A DNA stretch of 64,000 nucleotides from the human T2T-CHM13v2.0 reference genome, Homo sapiens. Positions 16,650 to 29,950 of the stretch are shown piece by piece (positions within the stretch are counted from its first letter, which is position 1; each line of letters starts with the position of its first letter). Location: NCBI RefSeq assembly GCF_009914755.1, contig NC_060931.1; one strand, 5' to 3'. Below the pieces are notes generated by a model that saw only the letters and a program-made list of their open reading frames with translations, was not told where the DNA came from and searched no databases. Both the position numbers and the translations under genes were made by a program.

Positions 16650-17340
16650 ATTCCAGTCATGGCAGGGTTTCCTCCACTTTGTTGTCTCATGTTCAAATTC
16701 ACCACGTCCAAAGTAGAACTCTGGCTCTTCTCAAAATTTGCTCCTTCTGCAGCTATATCCATCTGTCGTTACTCCTCTTTCTCTTATACCTCTCTTCTAG
16801 TCTATCAAGACGTCCTATTTTCTCCACCTTCAAAAATATATCCAAACTGTACCACTCCTTAAAACCTTGCTGGTCTCTGCCATCCTTTTGTCTCAACTGG
16901 ATTACCCTAACTCCCCCCTAAAGTCTGTTCTCAACACAGTTAAAGCAGGTGCCAGAATCTTGCTTTTAAAATTTAAAATAGATTGTATCATTCCAAAGCT
17001 CTTCTGTCCTACATGATGAGTACCCATTACTTTTCTGATTTTTAATCTCCTACTGACTTGTCTGTCACTGTCTTCTGACCCCAAGATACTGGTGACAGCA
17101 TCTTGGGGTCCTTAAACAAGCATTATCAGTATGCTTCTGCTTTAGGGACTTCTCATTGGCTGTTCCTTCTACCTAGAATGGTCTTCCTCCAGATACATGC
17201 CTGGCCAACACCCTCACCTTCTTTGGATCATTACTCAAGTGTCATGTTCTCGTGAGGCTTTTCTTAACCATTCTGTGTAAATTAAAATTGTCTCCTAGAA
17301 TGCTGATTCCTATTTCTCTACTTTATTTTTTCTATATTAC
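16650..17340. mobile_element. L2 relic
   Basis: Pyrimidine-rich L2-like text (ctgttccttctacctagaatg...ctcacctt); approximate. Confidence 0.5.
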
Positions 17341-17411
17341 TTAATATTGTCTATTTATATGTATGTATACATTATGCACATTTTATATAATATATATCAT
17401 ATATATAACTA

Positions 17412-17698
17412 GGCTGGTCGTGGTGGCTCATGCCTGTAATTCCAGCATTTTGGGAAGCTGAGGCAGGCAGATTACCTGAGGTTAGGAGTTCGAGACCAGC
17501 CTGGCCAATATGGCAAACCTCCATCTCTACTAAAAATATAAAAATTAGCCGGGCATGGTGGCATGCACCTGTAATCCCAGCTACTCAGGAGGCTGAGGCA
17601 CGAGAATCACTTGAACATAGGAAGCGGAGGTTGCAGTGAGCTGAATTTGCACCACTGCACTCCAGCCTGGATGACAGAGCAAGACTCTGCCTAAAAAA
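17412..17698 (+). mobile_element. AluS in TA-rich low-complexity DNA
   Basis: Alu consensus. Confidence 0.9.
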
Positions 17699-18904
17699 TA
17701 TATATATATTATGTGTGTGTGTATATATATATATATTATATATATAACCAAATATGTGTAAATTTGGAGGGGGTAGATTCATTTTTATTTTGTTTATTGT
17801 TCGTCTCTGGTGAAAGACTTTAAGCTTTATAAGGGTGGGGCTCTTTTTCCATTTAGGTCAGTGATATATCACAAACACCTAAGATAATTCCCTGCACATA
17901 ATAGGTACTCAATAAATTATTTGTTTAATGAATGAACAGTTTATAATTTAGTTGGGAAGTATGCTATAGTATATAACTAGCTCTATAAAACCCTCAGAGA
18001 TTTCTTCTAACTGTGGCTGGCTCTGCTATTGTAGCGCGGATGTCTTCCTAGACACTTGCTAGTAAAACCTCAACACAGTTTTTTTGTATAGTGGACGAAA
18101 TACTGAATGTCTGCTTGTTTGGAACTAGTCGTTACTCTTTTTTATTTGAAACCTACATATGGGCTTTGGAATTATTTGCTTTAGCCTTATAAAGCTTCCA
18201 TTTTCTTTGAGATTGGTGGTTTCTAAACATGACCATACATCAGAAATAGTGGAGGTTTTTGAACTTTAATATAATTTTTTTAATTACTTACAATGAAAGA
18301 TCACTGAATTATAATTTGGAGAGTCATACTCAATAGCTTTGAGATGGAACTTGGAAATTTGTGTTTTTAACAATATAATTCAGAGGCACGGAACCCATAG
18401 ATTGACATTTGGAAACCACTGCTTTCTGATATGAAACAAAATAGGTAATTAGGAAGAACTTTCTAATAAACAGTATTTCAAGCAGTCTTCCTTTAATTAG
18501 TGATGCTTTCTGTCCAAAGCATGAAGAAAAGAGAGGCTTCTGGAAACATAGGCTTACATTGTTATTCCTGCATTTGGGCTTCTGCAAGCTCACCACCCTC
18601 TCTCAGAGTTTCTATAATACTCCATGGAAATGTGTTGACAAGGCCTTTGAATGAAAATCATTCGTTTGCTCCCTGCACCCCTACCAAAAAGAGTTTTACT
18701 CACCACCGTCCTCATTCTTACTAATAGTAATGAGTCAAAATTATTTTGTGTAAATAGCATCACATATTTTGGACATGACTGTAACACATTTTGAATAGAG
18801 TATACTGTTCCCTGTGGGTAGACTTGAAATAGTTAAGAAAAATAATTGAATCATTCTTTTAACAAATATTTGGTGATTTCATACTAGAAACCTCTAAGAG
18901 AAAC

Positions 18905-19100
18905 ACTAAGGTTGGAAAGATCATGGGTTTTAGTCAGACGGATCTGCATTTGACCCTGATTTGACCTTTTACTGGCTATATGATCTTGGACAGATTATTT
19001 AAACATTTCTAAATAGTAATAGGGATAATAATAATTACCCTTAAGATTGTGAGGATTAAATGAAACAGTAACTGAGAAGAGCCTTAGCTAGATACCCTGG
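18905..19100. mobile_element. MIR
   Basis: MIR core tgatcttggacagattatttaa...gattgtgaggattaaatga. Confidence 0.6.
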
Positions 19101-19588
19101 AGGTAGAATTAGATGTTTATGTAAAGTGGCTGTTTCCTTCCAGGGACTTCAGTGTAATCACTGAAATAATAATTACTTGCAAAATAATTTTTCGAAGGTA
19201 ATGGTTGGGGAATATAACATAGTGATATAACTAAAATGCTGGAATTTAAACCCATGTCTTTGTGGCGTTTTTCACTGCACATCTGTAATACTGCCTATTA
19301 GAGTAATAACAGCAAAATGGAAATGAAGGATGAATATTTAGACATTGCAATGGAAGGAATGTTGGAAACAAAGCAGAGGGGAAAAAACAAAGATAACTCT
19401 GTGTTGCTTGAGCCTAGGGAATATGGAAAATGAAGGTACATCATATAAATAGGAAAATCAACAGGGGTTGCAGATAGTAGGAGCTTAATTGCAAGAGGGG
19501 AACAATGAATTAAGTTTACGCCAGACTGTTTTTTTCAGTTTGGAGTAATAAACACTTTCAAATACTGTAAAGCTTAAAGAATGAAGTC

Positions 19589-21602
19589 GCTCTCCCTCTC
19601 CCTCTCCCTCTCCCTCTCTTCTCTCTTCTCTCTCTTTCCACGGTCTCCCTCTGTTGCCGAGGCTGGACTGTACTGCCGTGATCTCGGCTCGCTGCAACCT
19701 CCCTGCCTCGGGCTCCCGTGATTCTCCTGCCTCGGCCTGCCTAGTGCCTGGGATTGCAGTCACGCGCCGCCACGCCTGACTGGTTTTTGTGTTTTTGGTG
19801 GAGATGGGGTTTCGCCATGTTGGCTGGGCTGGTCTCCAGCTCCTGACCTCGAGTGATCTGCCCGCCTCGGCCTCCCGAGGTGCTGGGATTGCAGACGGAG
19901 TCTCGCTCACTCAGTGCTCAATGTTGCCCAGGCTGGAGTGCGTGGCGTGATCTCAGCTCGCTACAACCTCCACCTCCCAGCCGCCTGCCTTGGCCTCCCA
20001 AAGTGCTGAGATTACAGCCTCTGCCCGGCCACCACCCCGTCTAGGAAGTGAGGAGCATCTCTGCCTGGCCGCCCATCATCTGGGATGTGAGGAGCCCCTC
20101 TGCCCGGCCGCCCCGTCTGGGAAGTGAGGAGTGCCTCTGCCCGGCCGCCACGCCGTCTAGGAAGTGAGGAGCATCTCTGCCTGGCCGCCCATCGTCTGGG
20201 ATGTGGGGAGCGCCTCTGCCCGGCCGCCCTGTCTGGGATGTGGGGAGCGCCTCTGCCCGGCCGCCCATTGTCTGGGATGTGGGGAGCGCCTCTGCCCGGC
20301 TGCCCTGTCTGGGATGTGAGGAGCGTCTCTGCCCGGCCGCCCCGTCTGGGAGGTGAGGAGCTTCTCTGCCCGGCTGCCACCCCATCTAGGAAGTGAGGAG
20401 CATCTCTGCCTGGCCGCCCCATCTAGGAAGTGAGGAGCGCCTCTGCCCAGCTGCCCCGTCTGGGAAGTGAGGAGTGCCTCTGCCCGGCTGCCGCGTCTGG
20501 GAGGTGAGCGCCTCTGCCCGGCTGCCCATCGTCTGGGAAGTGAGGAGCACTTCTGCCCAGCCGCCCCGTCTGGGATGTGAGGAGCACCTCTGCCCGGCCG
20601 CCACCCCGTCTAGGAAGTGAGGAGCGCCTCTGCCCGGCCGCCTCGTCTGGGATGTGAGGAGCGCCTCTGCCCGGCCGCCCTGTCTGGAAAGTGAGGAGCG
20701 CCTCTGCCCGGCCGCCCTGTCTGGGAAGTGAGGAGAGCCTCTGCCCGGCCGCCCATCGTCTGGGAGGTGAGGAGCCCCTCTGCCCAGCCGCCCTTCGTCT
20801 GGGAGGTGAGGAACGCCTCTGCCCGGCTGCACCGTCTGGGAGGTGAGGAGCACCTCTGCCCGGCTGCCCCGTCTGGGAAGTGAGGAGCGCCTCTGCCTGG
20901 CCGCCCCGTCTGGGATGTGAGGAGCGCCTCTGCCTGGCCGCCCCGTCTGGGATGTGAGGAGCGCCTCTGCCTGGCCGCCCCGTCTGGGATGTGAGGAGCG
21001 CCTCTGCCTGGCCGCTGTGCAATCTTCCAAGTGTGAAGTGACAGCCTTTCTGCAGGTGTACCCAACAGCTCCGAAGAGACAGCAACCATTGAGAACAGGC
21101 CATAATGACGATGGCGGTTTTGTTGAAAAGAAAAGGGGGAAATATGGGGAAAAGAAAGAGAGATCAGATTGTTACTGTGTCTGTGTAGAAAGAAGTAGAC
21201 ATAGGAGACTCCATTTTGTTCTGTACTAAGAAAAATTCTTCTGCCTTGGGATGCTGTTAATCTATAACCTTACCCCCAACCCCGTGCTCTCTGAAACATG
21301 TGCTGTGTCAACTCAGGGTTAAATGGATTAAGGGTGGTGCAAGATGTGCTTTGTTAAACAGATGCTTGAAGACAGCATGCTCGTTAAGAGTCATCACCAC
21401 TCCCTAATCTCAAGTACCCAGGGACACAAACACTGCGGAAGGCCGCAGGGTCCTCTGCCTAGGAAAACCAGAGACCTTTGTTCACGTGTTTATCTGCTGA
21501 CCTTCTCTCCACTATTATCCTATGACCCTGCCACATCCCCCTCTCTGAGAAACACCCAAGAATGATCAATAAATACTAAAAAAAAAAAAAAAAAAAAAAA
21601 AA
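19589..21602 (+). mobile_element. Full-length SVA retrotransposon, probably SVA_A, sense to AKAP9 in intron 14
   Basis: (CCCTCT)n head, antisense Alu-like region, GC-rich ~40-bp VNTR (~20016-21015), SINE-R, AATAAA 21568, polyA; 13-bp TSD AAAGAATGAAGTC at 19576-19588 and 21603-21615. Confidence 0.96.
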
Positions 21603-22781
21603 AAAGAATGAAGTCATTGTGGACTAAGTAGTACTTTTTGGAGTTTAGATCATAATGACCGGATAGATAATCAGGAGGATTTTCTAGGCTGTGAAAGTAA
21701 GATCCAGGACATAAAGCCAAGGATCAGAGCAGTATATACAAGGGACAATGAGGAAAACAGAGACAAAATAGTAATAAAGAAAAAGCAGGAAAGGGCAGAG
21801 AAGAAAGACAAGGGAATGAGTTTTTAGAAGCATGGGATGGTCATAGAACATGAGAAGGCAGTTCACAGCAGGAAAAACCTAAACGGCCAATAACATTTGA
21901 AAGAAAATGTCTTCTCAAAAATAAAGACATACATGTTCTAGCAAAGTTTTACAATTGTTATAACCCCCGATTGCTGAAGTTTTAAGAAAATACTTAAATG
22001 ATACTATTATGAGAATAAAATTAATAAAACTTTTTGGAATATGACCCTGTATTAAAACATTAAATATTAAGCTTAACAATTACTTATAAGATTTTATTAT
22101 GTAGAAACATCCATGGAAGTGTGCCAAGATATGTTTGTGGAGATCTGTATTATAGCATTGTTTGTAACAGTGAACAGTTGGAAGTAATCAAATGGCCATC
22201 ATTAGGGGTTTAGTTATATAAGTTATGAAATGGGATGATGACAACTTTGGCCAATTTTGGACAGAATTTAGGGTAGAAAAGAATAGGAGAAAGAAGGTTA
22301 TGTGGACAAGAGGAAGGTCAAACTAAGAAAGCAGCATAGTTACACATGAAAATGGGTATGGAAAATTATATTTGCCAGAAATGAAAATTATAATTTGCTC
22401 CTTTTTTTTTTCCCATGGATCCTAAATGCTGATCTTACCTTAGTTTTTATGACCTAAGTTAAGCGTTTTAAGAAAAAAAAAATTTTTAATCATGTAAAAA
22501 CTACACAATACAGATGTGAATACCAAAAGATAAAACAAAAAAGTCCGAAAGTGAATATTTGTAAATTAAGATTCTTCTCTTTACCACCACTGCTCCTGAC
22601 TGAGTTCCACTAGAGGTAAACATTGTTACTTTCGATGTGTATACATAGGAAGATAATCAAACTTTTTGTATCCAAATATACATATGTATGTTAAAAGAAG
22701 TTTCTCATAAAAGTGAGATTTTACAAACTTTTTTAAAGTCATTAATATATCTTAGATAACTTTAAAAAAAATGTTAGTACT

Positions 22782-22907
22782 GGCCAAGCACAGTGGCTCA
22801 TGCCTGTAATCCCAGCACATTTGGAGGCTGAGGCGGGAGGATCACTTGAGGCCAGGAGTTTGAGATCAACCTATGTAACGTAGTGAGACCCCATCTTTCC
22901 AAAAAAA
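22782..22907 (+). mobile_element. FLAM or Alu left monomer
   Basis: Single left arm with A tail. Confidence 0.85.
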
Positions 22908-23176
22908 CAGTCGGTACTTATGGTTCCATATCATACATTTGTAGTGTAAAATGACATAAAATTCAGTTGATCACCTGGTAAAATACTGTTATTCAATTGT
23001 GTTCTTTTAAGTGGAAATATTAGTCAAAAATATGATTTAACTTGCAATACCTATAACCCTAGACTCATTTTTGTCTCCCATGCCCCAGTACACATTTTAT
23101 GTGTGGTGTAGATTTTGCATGAACACTAAAGCACATATACAACTCTAATTCTTTAACCTTTTTTATTTATATTCAG

Positions 23177-23273
23177 CTTACCTGTTGATTCGGTGGTAAT
23201 TACAGAATCTGATGCACAGAGAACAATGTACCCTGGAAGTTGTGTGAAAAAGAATATTGATGGTACAATAGAG
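23177..23273 (+). CDS. AKAP9: AKAP9 exon 15, SLPVDSVVITESDAQRTMYPGSCVKKNIDGTIE
   Basis: tattcag| acceptor, GAG|gtatta donor, 97 nt, phase 2 to 0. Confidence 0.95.
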
Positions 23274-23642
23274 GTATTATATTTTTAATTTTTATCTTTT
23301 AACTGTTATATACACTGATTTTTCTATCATTTTTATGTCTGGTTTACTATCTAATAAATAGTTGCTGAGAAGTAAGCATAATAAATATGAGGATAATGCC
23401 TTATATAGAAAACTCAGAATACACATGTAAAGAAATTTAATCTATTTTTATAGCATAGGTAACACACAGAGGAAGTTAAGTTTGGGGGTTATATTTCCCT
23501 TAAATATGTTATAGTTTAAGATTTATCTTGTTTTTTGTAACATGTGGGCTATGTACAAATTAGTTTCAGTGCCCTGGTCAACAAAGCTTTGTCTTCCCAG
23601 CATGGGAAGTTGGACAAGGCCATCTCTAGAAAAGTGTTTAGG

Positions 23643-24040
<398 letters not shown>

Positions 24041-24793
24041 TTAAAGTGCATGCCATCTAACTAAACCACCCCCTGCCTCTGCTCAACATTGTATTATTCT
24101 AAATTTCTCACACCTGCAACTTTCTCAAACTGGCAACTGCCAAACCCTGGTCTTCACTCAGTAGATTTTTAGCTCTTAAGTCTTAGAAAAAAGTAAGATC
24201 ATCGTTCTTCCTCGCTCAGTATACAGAGGAAAGATGTTAGACACATCCTTGATTCTGCTATACTCATCCCATGTCATGATGATTGGTAAATAAAGAAATA
24301 CTTTCATACTGAGAACATATTTATGTTTTTTAAAAGTTTATGGTTTTTTCTATTGATAAAAGTAATTTGTATTTGTAGAAAGTTAGATAGTATTAATAAA
24401 TACCAAGAAGAAAACAAAATTTGCTTGTAAGTTTATGAGCAAAGATAGCCACTGTTTAACATTTTACTTAAAAGGAAATCTGTACACACATATATATTTT
24501 ATTAGTTATATTTAAGTATCCTTTTCCCACTCTAGAACTGTATGTTGGCATTTATAAATATGTAAACATATTTCTCTTTGCATCTTTAAGTTCACGGTAG
24601 TGAGTATAATTATTTGGTAGAATTATTTACTAGAATTATTTTTAATTGAGAGAATTAAAATTTATTTTTTGCTGAAAGTATGTAGAACTTTTCTAAAAAT
24701 ACTGATACTTTGGGGAGATTTTGAGGTAGAAGTTTAAAAATAAGTGGTGTATAATTAATGTAAATAAATGTCATATTTTGCTTTTAAATGTAG

Positions 24794-24886
24794 TTTTCTG
24801 GTGAATTTGGAGTGAAAGAGGAAACAAATATCGTTAAGTTGCTTGAAAAACAATACCAAGAACAATTAGAAGAAGAAGTAGCTAAG
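24794..24886 (+). CDS. AKAP9: AKAP9 exon 16, FSGEFGVKEETNIVKLLEKQYQEQLEEEVAK (first half of the PKA-RII anchoring helix)
   Basis: aatgtag| acceptor, AAG|gtaggc donor, 93 nt, phase 0 to 0. Confidence 0.95.
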
Positions 24887-25459
24887 GTAGGCTTATAGCT
24901 TATCTGGAAGATTATCTTGGTTTATATTCCCTTTGAGCCTTCAAAAAGAACATAGATTTTATCGATGGTATGTACTTTATAAGTTTCATATATAGTTCAT
25001 CTTTAAGTGATTGGATAATATCAATTATAGTTGCCTTTAAACAAAATATCTTGTGAATTTTTATTTGAGAAGAGCATTGTTCTTGATGTAGACTAGTAAT
25101 TAGAAGCTTTTCAGAATGCCAAAACAAGTCTATGTATTTGTTGCCTTGTGAAGAAGTTTGGTCTTCCTTAAAAGTTGGGAAGAAGATAGGAAAAGAAAGA
25201 GAAAGTGGTTGGTCCTCTGTATATATTATCTGTATCTATTTCCAATCAGAGAAGTTTTGTTAGGTAATGACTACAGATACTAAGGGAGGATTATCACTGA
25301 GTATTAATTAGCTCCTGGCTAAGTGAAGGAGTTTATCAATGTGAGTTTTGCTCATCTCTGTATGCTTATCCACTGTGTCCAGAGTCATTCTTTAATATTA
25401 GCCATATACCCTAGTGTAACATTATGGTTCCATTTGTTTTGTCTTTGTATTCCTTTTCA

Positions 25460-25850
<391 letters not shown>

Positions 25851-26480
25851 TCAGCTGTCTTAATATAACAATCCCAATGGAATATGTGCATTTTAAAGGG
25901 TTAGGATTGATTGGTAGGATATAAAGGAAATATATAAGGAATTAGGAAAAACATAAATTCGATGAGGAAGTCAAGACCTAAGGAAATATCTGGGCCATAA
26001 GGACTTATTCACTTATGCCTAAAGTGAAAAGTGAAACACTATCATTTTTTTTTTATAGCTTTCAATGTCTAGTTCTTGGAGGAATGCAAATTTTCTCTTG
26101 CATGTAGCTCTTACACAAATTTATCAAATGGAATGGTGTATCAGGGTATAGTAATTAACATGAGGTTTGGTATTGGATATACCATCCTTTAAATTCTTGT
26201 TCTTTTGGTTTACTAGATTTGTGACCTTAGGAAAGTTACTTAACTTGTGAATCTCAGCGTTTTATATGTTGAAAGAGGAAATTGGCTTAGTAGCAATTTT
26301 TATAAGGATTCAATGAGCTAATGCATATAGAACACTTAGCAAATGAGTTGATACATAGTAAAGACTCATAAATACTATTTTAAAAGTAGTCATTACTGTG
26401 ATAATGGTGGTAACATGATGATGTTTTATAAAGCATTACTCACTCAAGCTGATAGCAGAGCACCAAAGTACTGGTCAGTG

Positions 26481-26541
26481 ATGTAACAGACCTGCACGTT
26501 GTGCACATGTACCCTAAAACTTAAAGTATTTAAAAAAAAAA
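26481..26541 (+). mobile_element. Tiny 3' end of a primate L1PA
   Basis: CCTGCACGTTGTGCACATGTACCCTAAAACTTAAAGTA followed by polyA. Confidence 0.88.
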
Positions 26542-26697
26542 GACTCTTCTAAATGCAGCCAAGATACTGTGGTCCAAGAGATTATGTTTGATGGCCCAGC
26601 TTGGTCCTAGAATAATATAGATTGTTGATATTAGTCACCAGTACCGATGGGATTATGCTGTACTCTGTACCCCTCAGATATGATAGAAGAAGACTGA

Positions 26698-27019
<322 letters not shown>

Positions 27020-27766
27020 GAGAATCATTTTTCTAAAAGCACAAGGCTATATAGAAGAAGCCCAATAGTAGTGATTTCCAGTATATATCATATTAGAGTC
27101 CTCCTGTGATTTGAGCACATACTACTGAAAGTAGACATTCATTTACATTTCACTGTTAAGCAATGTTCTGGGTGCTGAAGTATAACAGAGAATAAAAGAG
27201 GATGAAATCTTTGTTTCCATAGACCTTACATTCCAGTTGGTACAGATAGACAACATACAGATGATGATAAGTACTATGAAGAAAAAAAGCAGGACTAGGA
27301 AAATCCATGGGGAGTGAGATGGTGTTATTTTATATAGGGTTGTCATGGAAGGCCTGACTTATGAAGTGACATTAGAGGAAAATCCTAAAGGAAGTGAGGG
27401 AGTGAATCAGGAAGATATCAGGTTGAGGACCTTTTAAAGAAATATGAAAGGGAAAGTCAAGAGAGCAAGAGAAAAAGAAAGGTCAAAAATTACTCTAACA
27501 GGTGTCTTTAAGACACGGTCAGGAGACTTGACTAGAGTTTGTGGAGGCTGCTTGCCCAGCTGCTACCTCTGGTGAGTTGGAGGACAATTCAGTTTAATCC
27601 TGCAACTCCCATATTCATGGTGAAATATTGTGAAATCCTGGCACAGATTTGTCTTTTCTGCAGATGTAACTGGATACAGGAGGAAGAAATCAGGGAAAGA
27701 CAGCAAGGGCTCACACTTCCGGTGAATTTATATAGGTAGAGTTGTATTGTAGTGTATATATCTATA

Positions 27767-27782
<16 letters not shown>

Positions 27783-27800
<18 letters not shown>

Positions 27801-28082
27801 TTTGAGATGGAGTTTCACTCTTGTCGCCAGGCTGGAGTGCAGTGGCACAATCTCAGCTCACTGCAACCTCTGCCTCTGGATTCAAGTGATTCTCCTGCCT
27901 CAGCCTCTCAAGTAGCTGGGATTGCAGGCACGCACCACCACACCCAGCTAATTTTTGTGGGTTTTTTTTTTTAGTAGAGATGGGGTTTCATCATGTTGGC
28001 TGTAACTCCTGACCTCAAGTGATCCACCCACCTCGGCCTCCCAAAGTACTGGGATTACAGGTGTTAGCCACCATGCCCTGCC
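27783..28082 (-). mobile_element. AluS with a (TA)n-extended tail (27754-27782)
   Basis: Reverse Alu consensus. Confidence 0.9.
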
Positions 28083-28084
28083 TG

Positions 28085-29950
28085 TAGTATTCTTTTATCA
28101 TTTAATGTCTGTGGCATCTGTAGTGTTATCCCTATTTCTCACCTTTTTGTCAGATTGGCTAGAGGTTTATTGATTGTATTGATAATATTAAGGATTCAGC
28201 TTTTTGTTTCATTGTTGTTTTTATTGTTTTTGTTTTTATTTTCAATTGCTACCCATATCTTTTTGATATCCTTTTTCTGCGTGCTTTGGACTTAATTTGC
28301 TCTTCTTCTGCTTTTCTAAAAGGAATTTCTTTTCTAATGTATGCATTTAATGCTATACTCGAAAGCATAGCGTTACAGCTTTAAACATTATAGCTTGTAA
28401 GTATAGCAATGCTTCCTCGTAAGCAATGTTTAAAGCTGCATTCTGCAAATTTTCATTCAATCCAAATATATTATTTCCCCCGTGACTTCCTCTTTGATTC
28501 ATGGGTTATTTAGAAATGTACTGATTTCCACATTTTTATGATTTTCAGATAGCTTCCCATGGTTAACTTAATTAATTTTTAAGTTTCTTTGTGGTCTGGC
28601 AAAATACCTCATATAATTTCAGTTCTTTTAAATTTGATGCCCAAAATATGGTCTTTTCTGGGTGAAAGCTCCATGTGTACTTGAAAAGAGTATGTGTTTT
28701 GCTGTTATTTAAATTTCAGATTTCCCTCTGGTGCCATTTTTCTTTAGCCTAAAAACCTTCCTTTAGCATTTCTTTTAGAACAGGTATGCTGACAATGAGT
28801 TCAACATACAACGAATTTTATGTTGTCTAATTTTGAATTGTATATTAAATGTTTTGTGTTTTGTATGCTCTGGATGTCATTATAATTCTTTGAAGAATGT
28901 GAATTTTTTAAAAAAATAGGCAGTCCACCCAGTTAGGTTCAGACTAAAAATCCTGTTTCTTCTTTCCCATACAAATCACCTAAGTTTTGACTTCCCTCTG
29001 CAGTCTCCTAGCCATTGTTTACTCTTCAGAATTCTTTAGTTGTTTTGTATTGTGCTCAGAGTTTTTAGGTAATCAGTGGGAGAAGCAGGCTGTAGTGGGC
29101 TTATTTTATGTTGCCTGGAAGCACAGTCTTTGTGTTTTCTTATTCCACAATTCAGATGCAATTATTGCCTTATAGCATCAGTATTTCAATTTACCCACAT
29201 TTTTTTTTTAAAAAGGATGTTTACGCTCTAATCCTTTTTGCATCTTAGGCCATCCTTTTAGAATCTTATTTCTTTTTGAAGAAAATTCTTTAGAAGTTTT
29301 TTTTTTTTTAACTGATTATCTATTGGGAGTAAACTATGTTTTTTAGTTGTCTTTATTTTATGTCTTTATTGTGTTTTTATCCATAAAAGTTTGTTTTGTT
29401 TACTGTTTGAACCTGGTTAGCAGTTATTTTTATGCCAGAACTTTGAAGGTAACATTCCAGTGTTTTCTGATTTCTTGTTTCTGTCGACAAGGTCCTTGTC
29501 ACTTTGTTGTTCCCTCGTAGGTAATACGTCTTTTTTCTTTAGCAACATTTAAGATCTTCTTTTTGATTTTGGTGTTCTCTTTTCTCCTTTTTTTTTAATT
29601 TTTTTTATTTTAAGAGATGGGTCTGTCAGCCAGGCTGGAGTGCAGTGGTGTGATCATAGCTCACTGTAGCCTTGCACTCCTGAGCTCACACAATCCTCTC
29701 ACCTCAGTCCCTGGAGTAGCTCACCACACCCAGCTACAAATGTTTTTGTAGAGATGAGGTATTTGTTTTTATTATAATTCATTGATCATCTTGAATCTTG
29801 GCAGTGGTATCTTCTGTAAATATTCTCAGCCATTATCTCGTGAAATAGTTCCTTTCCATTGTTCTCTATTATATCCTCCTGGAACTCTAATTAGATGTTG
29901 GTTGACCATTCTCTATCCTTCATATCTCTGTTCTTCTCTTTCATATTTTT
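28085..29950 (-). mobile_element. Old L1M fragments, antisense, interrupted by a partial AluJ at about 29587-29760
   Basis: T-rich L1-like text such as gctagaggtttattgattgtattgat and catttaatgctata; boundaries approximate. Confidence 0.6.

Noticed and set aside
20012-21103. Long ORFs of 114-226 aa in several frames and a regularly spaced repeat array resembling CRISPR
   Set aside because: These are the GC-rich VNTR of the SVA. There are no unique spacers or cas genes, and the ORFs are repetitive by-products.
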